A stretch of 32,000 nucleotides of DNA from Pseudomonas sp. PLMAX. Lineage in GTDB: Bacteria; Pseudomonadota; Gammaproteobacteria; Pseudomonadales; Pseudomonadaceae. Below are positions 1-8,897 of the stretch, in pieces. Made by a program: the position numbers and the translations under genes. The notes beneath the pieces were generated by a model, which saw only the letters and a list, made by a program, of their open reading frames with translations, was not told the origin of the DNA and did no database searches. Within the stretch, counting starts at the first letter, position 1. Every line of letters starts with the position of its first letter. The DNA lies in the NCBI RefSeq assembly GCF_046042685.1, contig NZ_CP064950.1, forward strand, positions 483,475-515,474, in the 5' to 3' direction.

Positions 1-552
1 CAGCAACGCCTTGGAATTATCGTTCTGGTAGACAGGGTCTCCCCGATACAGCACCAGAGGATTACCCTCCAATCCTTGGATCAGAGCAACATGATCCGAA
101 TCCTCGAAGCATTCCCAGTTCTCAATCACCAGCACCGAGTCGTGCCGGGCGTGCTCAGCGACCCAGCGCCAATTGACGTCAAGGTTCGATCCCGGTGGGA
201 GCGACAAGCTACCATGAGAAAACATCAATGGCCTGTCGACCAAGGTCTTGATTGCCACGCGCTCATCTCGCACCCGGCGACTCGAATCCTTCTCGTTGTT
301 GCTGATTTTTGAGGCTTCAGCCCGAGTTAGATCGTTCAAGGTGTCAGGATCTGTGCGCCAGTCCATACCTCCCTGGGACATCAAGAAACCCTTGATTCGC
401 TCAATCTCACTGAGCTGGAAAAGGCGCTTTGTACCCAACCGACGCCCTAGACCATACTCTTCGCAAAACTCCTCTAACCCCTTACTGCAAGGGTACTCTT
501 CACGACCCCCTTGGCAGATCAGCAAGAGCGTCTTCTTCAGGCTCTTTTGCAT
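1..552 (-). CDS. JetD/MksG-like Toprim-domain subunit (N-terminal 184 codons only; ORF continues past the left edge of the window and is therefore absent from the supplied ORF track)
   Basis: Own translation of the minus strand from ATG at 552-550. It is open for all 184 codons down to position 1: MQKSLKKTLLLICQGGREEYPCSKGLEEFCEEYGLGRRLG...RWVAEHARHDSVLVIENWECFEDSDHVALIQGLEGNPLVLYRGDPVYQNDNSKALL. The strand 'VLVIENWECF' followed by 'LVLYRGD' resembles the glutamate-containing first Toprim strand (hhhhENxxxF) and the next strand of DUF2220/JetD C-terminal domains. The gene overlaps the upstream gene by 16 nt and is the 4th gene of an SMC-type operon. Confidence 0.6.
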   Translation of the reverse strand, partial: MQKSLKKTLLLICQGGREEYPCSKGLEEFCEEYGLGRRLGTKRLFQLSEIERIKGFLMSQGGMDWRTDPDTLNDLTRAEASKISNNEKDSSRRVRDERVAIKTLVDRPLMFSHGSLSLPPGSNLDVNWRWVAEHARHDSVLVIENWECFEDSDHVALIQGLEGNPLVLYRGDPVYQNDNSKALL

Positions 553-1823
553 GCACTTATATCCCAGACTAGTACGTTCCCGCTTCTCACATCCTCGGGC
601 TCAGTCATCCGAGTGATGGTCAGACCGTCGATCAGCGGAGCGCCTGCGTTTTTACGGCTATCGATGGTGCTCATCAAGCACAGCAAAGTTATTTTTGGGT
701 CGATGGTTGCGAGTTCCGGCGTCGAGGCAAGGAACTCTCTGGCCGAAACAGGCTTCTCTGAATCGTTCGCCGCTTTCAGGTAGTTGATGATCGCTGCCTC
801 TACCGGAGTGACCTTGATTTCCACGACCTCTACCGCATCGTCCTCGATCAAGACCCCAACGCTCCTCACCTTACGAGGGACTGCATTGAGAGACGGGATG
901 GTGCGAGCGGTATCAATCAAACCTTCACTGATTTCGTCGCGGCTCAAATCCGGGCTGGCTGTAATCGCAATCCCAGAGGACAGGTAAGCCCAGTCCGGAA
1001 TGTACGGATACTCTTCCGCATCACGGGGTTGATACCCAGGGTTCTTTTGAAGGAACAAACCCATCGAACGAATTCGTTTGGCGACCTGGCCGATTTTGCG
1101 CTCTTTATCCAAGAAGGCTTTCAGCACACTGGTAATATCGAGCAAGATCGCACGCCACCCGGACAAGCGATCCACAATATGGCGATAGTACACAGTGTTC
1201 AGCGGTTCAAACGCCAACGACGATTCTAGAACATCCAGGAAGTCACGATTCTGCAACGCTGTAAGCGTGTCATCGATTTTCTTCATCAACGACAGGTAAT
1301 AATCATTCTGTCGCAGTTTTTCTTTGTAGGTCTGCACATTGGCGAAGTTGTTGTCGGTCAGCATTCGAACACGCATGAGCAGGCCATCAACCTCCTCCGA
1401 CATTTCAAACACAGCGGCGTCGAAGTCACTCAGGTAGATTTCTTGGTCATCTGTACGACCTTCATCTCTCGCCTTACTGAACTCCTCGACCAAAGTACTT
1501 AAGCGGTAAATCTGATCCGCGAAATTGGAGGACACGGTGTAGTTACGGAACCGCTGGAACACCTCATCGAGATGCTTGCTCAGCGTGCTACCCAGGCGGA
1601 AGGACTCCTCCCGCATACCGTCTGGACGCATGACGCGGAACTGTTGCAGCCGGCGAACTGACTTTTGGTTCTGCTCAGTCAGCCCAACCGTACCCCCGCA
1701 GTAGGCATCGGCGATGAGGTGTCGGTCTTTGTACAGCATCTCGATGTACGCCACGATGTCATCATGGCTTTGATTGCCCGTCCGCGTGCCGCCCTTCCCC
1801 GTCGCCTCAATCAGCTCGTTCAT
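537..1823 (-). CDS. Kleisin-sized subunit (JetA/MksF-like) of the SMC-type operon; function inferred mainly from context
   Basis: 428-aa ORF with no catalytic motifs and a largely helical-looking sequence. Its size and its position between a KITE-like gene and a JetD-like gene fit a kleisin. ATGA start/stop overlap with the upstream gene and a 16-nt overlap with the downstream gene. Confidence 0.5.
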   Translation of the reverse strand: MNELIEATGKGGTRTGNQSHDDIVAYIEMLYKDRHLIADAYCGGTVGLTEQNQKSVRRLQQFRVMRPDGMREESFRLGSTLSKHLDEVFQRFRNYTVSSNFADQIYRLSTLVEEFSKARDEGRTDDQEIYLSDFDAAVFEMSEEVDGLLMRVRMLTDNNFANVQTYKEKLRQNDYYLSLMKKIDDTLTALQNRDFLDVLESSLAFEPLNTVYYRHIVDRLSGWRAILLDITSVLKAFLDKERKIGQVAKRIRSMGLFLQKNPGYQPRDAEEYPYIPDWAYLSSGIAITASPDLSRDEISEGLIDTARTIPSLNAVPRKVRSVGVLIEDDAVEVVEIKVTPVEAAIINYLKAANDSEKPVSAREFLASTPELATIDPKITLLCLMSTIDSRKNAGAPLIDGLTITRMTEPEDVRSGNVLVWDISACKRA

Positions 1824-2440
1824 GCCGAAACCTTACGAGCATCGAACGCCTCGTCTTCCTGGCTGATCTGGTCGTGCTGCATCAGGAAGCCGATCACTTC
1901 CTGAACGTATTCAACCTTACCGGTGAACTGGAAGATCTCCTCCTCCTTGTTCACCTCCTCCAGGTAACCTTCGTTCTTGAATTTCTTCAAGATGCGCTCA
2001 AGCCGCTGGCGATCCGAGCCGTCTACGGCAATAGACTTGGTCTGGTTGGCTACCATCCTCAGCGCCTCGGTGAGGCTTGGGTTCTGCGCGATGATGTTCA
2101 TCATCTTGTTCGTCTCGACCTTCTCACCGGGCGAGATCGCGTTGTCATCGCGAGCGGTACGCATGACCAAGTCGAGGAACGAAATCAGGGGGCGCAGGTT
2201 GTTTTTCAGATCCACGAACAATGCCTTCGCGGCCTTTTTGCCTTGATCGTCCAGGTCAGCATGCGTCACGAAGAACGCCATCTCCGATCCGGTCTTGGCC
2301 AGGCGCAAGTCGATCTGGCGCAGGTAAGCATCAACCTTCGCAAAATTGTCCGCGTCACTCAGGTAGGTGTGACCGTCATGGAAACTGACTTTGCAGATGA
2401 ACTTGCCGGAGATCAGTTGGGTAACGATACGGTTAAACAT
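1820..2440 (-). CDS. KITE-like small subunit (JetB/MksE/MukE-like)
   Basis: 206-aa ORF. The N-terminal 'LISGKFICK...YLSDADNFAKVDAYLRQIDLRLAKTGSEMAFFVTH' and the C-terminal 'LERILKKFKNEGYLEEVNKEEEIFQFTGKVEY' look like the two tandem winged-helix units of MukE/MksE/DUF4194 proteins. It overlaps the SMC gene stop by 8 nt (AATGTTTAA) and the next gene by 4 nt. Confidence 0.5.
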   Translation of the reverse strand: MFNRIVTQLISGKFICKVSFHDGHTYLSDADNFAKVDAYLRQIDLRLAKTGSEMAFFVTHADLDDQGKKAAKALFVDLKNNLRPLISFLDLVMRTARDDNAISPGEKVETNKMMNIIAQNPSLTEALRMVANQTKSIAVDGSDRQRLERILKKFKNEGYLEEVNKEEEIFQFTGKVEYVQEVIGFLMQHDQISQEDEAFDARKVSA

Positions 2441-5400
2441 TGGCGGCTACCTCGTGAAGGTTCAGCTCATTGCTGGCAACGACCGTGGTCACAAGGCGAC
2501 GGTCAGCGTCGATGCTGTACGCATTTTTGAACAGCATGAGTGTCTCTGCGTCCGGGTCAGGGAACGCACTCACCAGGGTGATGTTGTTCTGGCTCAGGAG
2601 CTTTCCAAGACCATAGATATTGCCACTATCGATTGCCTTCAACTCGTCCAACGACCAGACCAGGTTGATCGGGACGTTGCGGCGGATACGGTTCAGGAAC
2701 GCGATGAAGATGATCACCAGCACGAGATAGGACAGACCGTTGGAAGACACGTTGTCCAGATCGGCAGAGTTCTTGAACGTCCGGATGTTGCCGTTTTCTA
2801 CGACTTCCCCGCGTATCTGTACCAAATTCTTGAAATCGGCGTTGATACCGTTTTTCATCTCCCAGTGTTCCAGGAGACCTTCGAGCATCTGCACGAATTC
2901 CATATCTGGCAGGTCATCGCTCGCGATAGACCAGTCCCGACGCGCATCGACCAGGCGTTTCACAGTCGGCCAGAATTTCAGCTCGTCCACGGTCGAAATG
3001 ATCGATACCGTCAAGCCGGAGAGGCTCTCGAAGCACGTGCTGTTATCCAGGTACTTCTGCAGCTCACGGTTAAAGCTGTTGATGCGGTTGCTGAAGGTGC
3101 TCAGCTTACGGTGGAACAGTTCGATCTCAGCAGTGATGGTGCGGACTTCAACCATCAAGATCTGCTTCATATCGCTATGACGCGTTTCGAACCACTCCTT
3201 GAAGATCTCCAGCCACTCCAGGCCAGTGTCAGAAGAGACACGTTTTGCCGCTTCCTGCATGTAGTCGAACGGCGGAGTGTTGATCTGCTGGTTAAAGCTT
3301 TTCCTGATCTGCTGGACGTAGCCACTGATCTTCTTGAGCAGGGACTTCTCAGCCTCGAGCGATTCACCCAGCACGGACATCAATGCTTCGGTTGTCCAGG
3401 TTGGGTCGTAGGCATCAATTGCCGCATCGGTAAAGCCAGACAGACGCTCCAGGCCCAGGGTAACCTGGCCCGCCTCTTTGGCCAGCGAGGCTACCAACTG
3501 ATCGGCAGCAGTAGCGGTCGCATTAAGCTCTTCGCTTTTAAGTTTCCACGCCGCTTCGAGTGAAGTGATCTCACCTGCCAGCGCAGCCTCTTTGGCGGTC
3601 GCCGCTTGTGCCTGCTGGTCGTAGCCTTCGCGCAGCGGATACTCGTTTTTAACCCACACTTTGTACTGGGTCACTACCTGCCAGGCGTCACGGCTCAGCT
3701 GGAGTTCCGCTTTAAGGCGCTCGTGCTCAGTTTTAAGCTGGTTGATCTTGTCGACGTCAGCACCTTCCTTACGGAGCGCCTCGTCGCGTTCTGCATTGCA
3801 TTCCTGAATCGCGTTGGAATGCGCCAGCTCGCGGTTGCGGAGCGCGGTTGCGATTCGGGTCTTACCACTTTCTCGATCAGCTACAGCTCTCGAGCGGGAC
3901 TGGGTAAGAGCGTTGCGGCGCAAAGCCTTCTCTTGGGAGAGGTGATCCTGGAACTGGCTCAATGCATCATTGGCCGCATCCAGATTGGCTTGAGCTTTAA
4001 CCAGAGCAGCATCTGCCAGCGATTGGGCTTCGCCGAGACTCTTTTTGTGTTCAAACTTCAGGGCTGTAAGCTCAGTCTCAGCGACCTGAACCTGCGAAAT
4101 CGCCTCCAGTCTGGCTTTGGCAGCGTCGTTATCCGACTTGGTAGCCGCTTTCAGCGCAACAGCGATCTCCGCCTTGTCACCTTCGCACTTCAACTTACCA
4201 GCTTGCAGGCCGGACAGGACGTCACGAGCTTCTTCGATCTGGGTAAGCACCAGGCTTTCATCGGACAGCTCGGTAGGCTGCAAGACATCCAGGTCAATCC
4301 GAAGGCCGAAGATGCTGTGAGCATTTTCCACCAGTTCTGGATTGAGGTCGGTACGCTGGAGAATGTCCTCACGCAATACCTTGGCAATATCATGCTTCCA
4401 TTCCGGCAGCTCGTTACGCAGAAGGTGCAGCAACGTGCCTTCTTTTGGCGTGTGAGCAAGCTGGATTTGTTCGATCAGCGTTTCCTGTTCACCACTTTTC
4501 TTGATGTGCTTGAGGATGGCTGCGTCGACCGCTTCGTCATCCTTGCGGACACGCTCAAGAGCCTGGGTTGCAACACGGTTCTTCTCAACGGCTTCGTCAC
4601 GCACGCGGCGCAGCTTGGTAACTTCGTCGTCTTTGGTGTTCACCCGCTGGATTACATCCGCGTCAGCCTGTGGCCGGGCCGCGTTTTGGCGGGCGGTACC
4701 GAGCTCAATGCTTGCGGCCTGGACTGCGTTTTTAAGCGTGACGTGTTTAGCTTGTGCGTCGGACTCCGCTTTGGCCTCTTGCTCTTCGTAGAGAGCCTCG
4801 GCCTTGGCGATCAGGTCTTCACACAGCTGAGCGATGCTGTCGATCTCGGCGCGAAGGCGCACACGGTCGCTCTCAAGCTCGCCAGCGAGGTTTACCTTGA
4901 TCTGCTCATACTTGGCCCCAATAACAGCGAAGGAGCCCTCCAGCGCAGCCAGGCGGCTTTCAATGGTCTCCAGATCAGACTTCAACTGCTGGGCATTGTC
5001 GACACGCGCAATCTTCCCGGTGATGTCATCAGCCTGGTACTGCTCATAGAGTTCAGTCAGAGCCGTAACCTTGCCGGTCAGCTCTTTAACTTCGATCTCG
5101 GCCCGAACGCGGTTTTTCTCGATTTCGGACACGCTTTGGGTGTGCTGTGATGCGCCAGTATCGCGGGCCTCACGAGAAGTTGTTGCGGTTTTGCTGGCTT
5201 TAGCCTCTTCGGTGGCAAGATGGCCGGCCAGAAGCTTCAGCTTGGATTTTACGCCCGACAGGGTCTCGCGAACCTGACCGTAGTTTTCACGCTCCTCTGC
5301 GGCCTTGTGCATCACAGGCTGCATGCCCATGACTGCGGTGTAAGCGCGGTAGTGACGTGGCCACTCTTCGATCTTGCGACGGTCACTGCGAATGCTTTGT

Positions 5401-6146
5401 GCGCTGTCGGCGCCGGCGTCTTCGGATACACAGTCGACAACAATCGACTGAAGCACCTCGAAGTTGGCTTTACGGGAGAACATGCCGAGCACGATCTTAT
5501 CGACGTGGTTCAGCGGGGTACCGTAGCGCGAGAAGGCATAGTCTGCGCTCAAGCGCTTGATGTAATCCTGTTGCTTGCGATCAGACGAGCTCGGCTTCGA
5601 GTACTGAATCACAGCTTTGTAGTCGGCGTAGTTCTCGATCTGGTGCAGGCTGCACTCGACACCCAGCTCGCTCAAGCGGGCGCGGAAGTCGCGGTTTTTG
5701 ACCAGTTCGTCGTTGTCGAGCACGAACAGCTTCTTGTCATACCCGCTGCGGACAAAGCGGTAAAACACCTTGTCGCTGGACGTGTTGCTGTAGGCCACAA
5801 CCAGGCGCAGAGAGCCGTCATCACGCTGGTATTCGAAAACGATGTAACTCGTTGCGTTCGGCAGGTAGTACTCGATGAACGAGTCTTTGCCTGGCGAGAC
5901 CAGCTTGTTCGGGTTAACCCCGTAAAACAGAGGCAGGAACTGAAGCATCGAGGTCTTACCACGACCGTTACGACCAGTGATTACAGCACCGCCATCGGTC
6001 ACCAGCTCAGTGATACGCCCCTTGGCCAGGGAGTCGATCAGGAAGACTCGATTGATCTTGAACCCACTTTGGGTATCGGCCTTGGCCGGCATCATAGCGT
6101 TGTGACCGTCAGGCAATTCCACGGTGCTTTCTGTACTGGTGTCCAT
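2433..6146 (-). CDS. SMC/MukB/JetC-like ATPase with long coiled coil
   Basis: 1237-aa ORF. Walker A GRNGRGKTS at residues 58-66. Several hundred residues of A/E/K/Q/L-rich coiled-coil-type sequence follow. The C-terminal head half has 'SSNGLSYLVLVIIF' (a degenerate signature-motif region) followed by 'INLVWSLDELKAID' (Walker B D-E plus D-loop). AAGG Shine-Dalgarno about 6 nt upstream of the ATG. Confidence 0.85.
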   Translation of the reverse strand: MDTSTESTVELPDGHNAMMPAKADTQSGFKINRVFLIDSLAKGRITELVTDGGAVITGRNGRGKTSMLQFLPLFYGVNPNKLVSPGKDSFIEYYLPNATSYIVFEYQRDDGSLRLVVAYSNTSSDKVFYRFVRSGYDKKLFVLDNDELVKNRDFRARLSELGVECSLHQIENYADYKAVIQYSKPSSSDRKQQDYIKRLSADYAFSRYGTPLNHVDKIVLGMFSRKANFEVLQSIVVDCVSEDAGADSAQSIRSDRRKIEEWPRHYRAYTAVMGMQPVMHKAAEERENYGQVRETLSGVKSKLKLLAGHLATEEAKASKTATTSREARDTGASQHTQSVSEIEKNRVRAEIEVKELTGKVTALTELYEQYQADDITGKIARVDNAQQLKSDLETIESRLAALEGSFAVIGAKYEQIKVNLAGELESDRVRLRAEIDSIAQLCEDLIAKAEALYEEQEAKAESDAQAKHVTLKNAVQAASIELGTARQNAARPQADADVIQRVNTKDDEVTKLRRVRDEAVEKNRVATQALERVRKDDEAVDAAILKHIKKSGEQETLIEQIQLAHTPKEGTLLHLLRNELPEWKHDIAKVLREDILQRTDLNPELVENAHSIFGLRIDLDVLQPTELSDESLVLTQIEEARDVLSGLQAGKLKCEGDKAEIAVALKAATKSDNDAAKARLEAISQVQVAETELTALKFEHKKSLGEAQSLADAALVKAQANLDAANDALSQFQDHLSQEKALRRNALTQSRSRAVADRESGKTRIATALRNRELAHSNAIQECNAERDEALRKEGADVDKINQLKTEHERLKAELQLSRDAWQVVTQYKVWVKNEYPLREGYDQQAQAATAKEAALAGEITSLEAAWKLKSEELNATATAADQLVASLAKEAGQVTLGLERLSGFTDAAIDAYDPTWTTEALMSVLGESLEAEKSLLKKISGYVQQIRKSFNQQINTPPFDYMQEAAKRVSSDTGLEWLEIFKEWFETRHSDMKQILMVEVRTITAEIELFHRKLSTFSNRINSFNRELQKYLDNSTCFESLSGLTVSIISTVDELKFWPTVKRLVDARRDWSIASDDLPDMEFVQMLEGLLEHWEMKNGINADFKNLVQIRGEVVENGNIRTFKNSADLDNVSSNGLSYLVLVIIFIAFLNRIRRNVPINLVWSLDELKAIDSGNIYGLGKLLSQNNITLVSAFPDPDAETLMLFKNAYSIDADRRLVTTVVASNELNLHEVAANV

Positions 6147-6159
6147 AACCTACCTTAAC

Positions 6160-6181
6160 GAAAAAACCCCTCATGAGGGGT
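6160..6181 (-). terminator. Rho-independent terminator (minus strand) downstream of the 126-aa gene, directly abutting the RBS of the SMC gene
   Basis: Perfect palindrome ACCCCTCATGAGGGGT (6166-6181). On the minus strand it is followed by TTTTTT (A-run 6161-6166 on the plus strand). The minus strand reads ACCCCTCATGAGGGGTTTTTTCGTTAAGGTAGGTTATG. Confidence 0.7.
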
Positions 6182-6242
6182 ATGAATTGGAATGATGTCA
6201 ATATACAGCAATTGTTGCTGAAATTAAAGACTTTCCGGGGTT

Positions 6243-6623
6243 TTACCAGTACGTATAGGCGGCATTTTTCATGAATGGTTCGAGCAGCAGATTGTCCTCG
6301 CTGCCCGTCTTCAGGGCAGAGAGAATTTGCTGTCTGTGGGTACGCCGCAACGGGCGTTCGCAGAACACATTCGTGAATGCGGACGGGGCTTTTCGCATAG
6401 CGTTACGCGAGAGTGGCTGGCCTGCGTCGGAGTGAAGCTTGATTCGCTTCATCTCCAGGAAGCCCTGGTAAGTCTTGGCACCTTTGATCCAGCGGCGGAC
6501 AAAGAGCGAGGAGTGATGAGTAGGGTTGGAGGCTGCCCGCTGGGTTTCCCGTTCAAAGCCAACACGGTTCTCAAAGAACCAATCCTTGAATTGCTCGTCC
6601 CGGCGCCTAAGCGTTCTAGCCAT
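6243..6623 (-). CDS. Hypothetical basic protein (126 aa)
   Basis: The ORF fills the gap between the 533-aa gene and the terminator in the same orientation. The product is arginine/lysine-rich with no recognisable motif. An overlapping plus-strand ORF (6327..6932) is the alternative, but it would be antisense to the operon. Confidence 0.5.
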   Translation of the reverse strand: MARTLRRRDEQFKDWFFENRVGFERETQRAASNPTHHSSLFVRRWIKGAKTYQGFLEMKRIKLHSDAGQPLSRNAMRKAPSAFTNVFCERPLRRTHRQQILSALKTGSEDNLLLEPFMKNAAYTYW

Positions 6624-6659
6624 GCCCTGCTCTACCCCTTGTACCTTGCTCCCTCTACT

Positions 6660-8261
6660 TTAAATGCAGAGATCCTCGGTAAACAACTTTTTGCGCAAGT
6701 ACAGGTTCTTCCAATTGGAATCACGAACAAACTCCTCAGTGAAGATGTCCGGGTAGAGCTTCGCAAAGGCGTCAAAGGTGACCGGATCGAAGTTCCTGAT
6801 TGCGTCCATCGTGCGTGGATCTTTCCAGGTGCTGAGGAAATCGTCCCTGAGATGAATTGCAATCACGTGGCAATCTGGCTCCGCATGGCCGTAAGCGATG
6901 AGCTCCAGATGAGTCAGGTGATCGCGCTTTAACTCCAGCAGGTCGTACGCATCAATGCCGTGGTGGTAAATCATTAGCGCAGACACAAGCTTGGTCGCAG
7001 GCTCATGCGTCTTCAGGGTTGCGATGAGCTCTTTCTGCCTTGTCAGCAGCGCAAAAAGTACTGCGTTACAGTCGATCTTCAGCGACTTCATGAACTGTAG
7101 AGCGTCTTCTTCCGTCATGAATGGCTCTGGTACTGCGGTTCCGGCGATATCCCGAAGCTTGTTCAAGAATGCAGCGCCACCGTGTTCCGCCACAAACTCC
7201 GCCACCGAAACACCGTTAACCTGTAGAGCCCTGAGCAGCATTTTCCCGCGCTTTTCGCTCAATGGGTGTTCCAAGGCAAACCGGCGTCGAACTGAATCGT
7301 TCATCGTCTCTAGCAGCGAATGCCCCGCGCCGCGAATGCTCTCAAGGTCGAACGATTCGACGTCGCCCAAAATGCTATGGTGCACCGTAACCCTTACATC
7401 CAGGCTGTTGCACGCTTTGTGGTAACGCTCGACGTCCACCTCGTACAGCGCCGAGAGGATATTGGTAGAAGCGGTTTTTTTGAACACCTGAGTTGCGAGG
7501 TCAACAACCCGATCATCAGAGTCGGTCAACTCCGGGTTCGGGTAGTTGTACAGCTCACGCTCCAGCTTAAACATTTCCGGAAATTGCGCCATCCACCTCA
7601 GTGCCTCTTGGGAGCCCTCTTTCCCTCCTACTGCACTCATCAAGCACAACGCATCAGTCACTACAGCGCCATGGCTACGTTCGCTTAATAGGTAACCCGA
7701 TTCCACCATGTTCTGGATGAGCCCAGAACAAATCCGTGTAGCCATCGACGCCAGCGCCAAATCCTTTTTACTGGTCGCCCTGTAGGAAACGTGCCCCTCA
7801 GGCTCGTTCAGTAGGTGCCCCATCATCTGCGCCAAGCCGTTCTCGCTGTCCACGATGCCGCCAGCTTCAACGCACTCAATAGCGTTGTAGATATAGGGCT
7901 TTTCGGTACCACCTGAGATCAGGAATGAGAGCCCGGCCAGGATCTGCTCTTGCAATCGAATTGGGTTCGGGTTGATGCTCAGGCAGTGATGCAGAATTTT
8001 GGCCTGTACTACGTAATACAGCCGCCGCTCAAGCAGAATACCAATTTCAGTCTGGATCCTTTCCCGCAAGATTGATTGCTGGGCAATCGAGATGTCCAGG
8101 GCCTGAAACTTCGCTGCAAGATCTGGTATCAGCTCTTCCAGCTTTGTGGCTGCTTTATCCTGCCTGGTGAAATTGGCGTCACTCGTTAATACGCCGATGA
8201 GGCTCTTCAGCTCCATTACCTGGAGTGCTGTATCGCGGATCTTTTCCCTGGACGAGAGCAT
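6660..8261 (-). CDS. Hypothetical protein (533 aa) ending in the shared C-terminal tail ...RKKLFTEDLCI
   Basis: Long ORF. Its start ATG shares one nucleotide with the stop of the upstream exonuclease gene (TGATG). No motif recognised. The C-terminal heptapeptide matches the [FY]xx[ED]L[GSC][VIF] tail seen on other proteins in the window. Confidence 0.8.
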   Translation of the reverse strand: MLSSREKIRDTALQVMELKSLIGVLTSDANFTRQDKAATKLEELIPDLAAKFQALDISIAQQSILRERIQTEIGILLERRLYYVVQAKILHHCLSINPNPIRLQEQILAGLSFLISGGTEKPYIYNAIECVEAGGIVDSENGLAQMMGHLLNEPEGHVSYRATSKKDLALASMATRICSGLIQNMVESGYLLSERSHGAVVTDALCLMSAVGGKEGSQEALRWMAQFPEMFKLERELYNYPNPELTDSDDRVVDLATQVFKKTASTNILSALYEVDVERYHKACNSLDVRVTVHHSILGDVESFDLESIRGAGHSLLETMNDSVRRRFALEHPLSEKRGKMLLRALQVNGVSVAEFVAEHGGAAFLNKLRDIAGTAVPEPFMTEEDALQFMKSLKIDCNAVLFALLTRQKELIATLKTHEPATKLVSALMIYHHGIDAYDLLELKRDHLTHLELIAYGHAEPDCHVIAIHLRDDFLSTWKDPRTMDAIRNFDPVTFDAFAKLYPDIFTEEFVRDSNWKNLYLRKKLFTEDLCI

Positions 8262-8887
8262 CAGAAGAAGCCCTTTCCTGCGTTGACGTTGTTCAGTGAA
8301 GGCCTATCACGCCAAATGCTCTCCGACCGTCCAAACGCAACCGGCAGCAGCTGAGCGATGTTCTTGGCGTCGTCGATGCCCCGGTGTGCCGTGCCCACAA
8401 ACTGAAGGTTTTCGTAGCGCAAGGCTTTACCCAGGCCCGGCGAGTGCCGCTTCAAGCCCAAAGCATCCGCGTATACCTGCTTCACGTTCAGGTGATTTCT
8501 CTGAGAGATACCAGGCGCCGGCAGCTTCAGTAGCGATGCATTGCGATCAAATTGCTTTTTGTCGTAGGCACCCCAACTGCCCCAGCCGGCCACTGGGCCG
8601 AAGGACGATGCGCACTGCTCAAGCCAGGCATCAAGTGTAGTCATCGCCTCTGCGAATCCTGGAGCTGTATCGACGTCACTCTGAGTAATAGTCGTCAGCT
8701 TGGTGCAAAAAGCGGACAGTTGTGGGTGCACAACTGGCTTGATGTACGTCTGAAACTCAGAAATGATCTTTAGGTCTTGATCGACGAGGCAAGCACCAAT
8801 CTCGATAATTTCCATTTGGTCGCGATCAAATTGTGGTTCATCGCAGGTGGCCTCAAGATCAATGAGGCAGAATGTATTGTTCGACAT
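8261..8887 (-). CDS. DEDDh 3'-5' exonuclease (ERI-1 / KapD-like)
   Basis: 208 aa. Exo I 'CLIDLEATCDE', 'MEIIEIGAC', 'SWGAYDKKQF' and Exo III 'HRGIDDAKNIAQL' (H-x4-D) are all in the canonical order and spacing of the ERI-1/KapD subfamily. AGGAA RBS 5 nt upstream, and only 10 nt after the upstream gene. Confidence 0.88.
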   Translation of the reverse strand: MSNNTFCLIDLEATCDEPQFDRDQMEIIEIGACLVDQDLKIISEFQTYIKPVVHPQLSAFCTKLTTITQSDVDTAPGFAEAMTTLDAWLEQCASSFGPVAGWGSWGAYDKKQFDRNASLLKLPAPGISQRNHLNVKQVYADALGLKRHSPGLGKALRYENLQFVGTAHRGIDDAKNIAQLLPVAFGRSESIWRDRPSLNNVNAGKGFF

Positions 8888-8897
8888 TTTAGTTCCT

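Noticed and set aside
2391-6158. Three very long plus-strand ORFs (390, 514 and 312 aa) antisense to the 1237-aa SMC gene
   Set aside because: Their products are Leu/Val/Arg/Gln/Phe-rich with no motifs. Coiled-coil genes built from GAA/GAG/AAG/GCN/CTG/CAG codons have almost no reverse-complement stop codons, so long shadow ORFs are expected. The minus-strand frame carries clear Walker A/B motifs and operon coupling.
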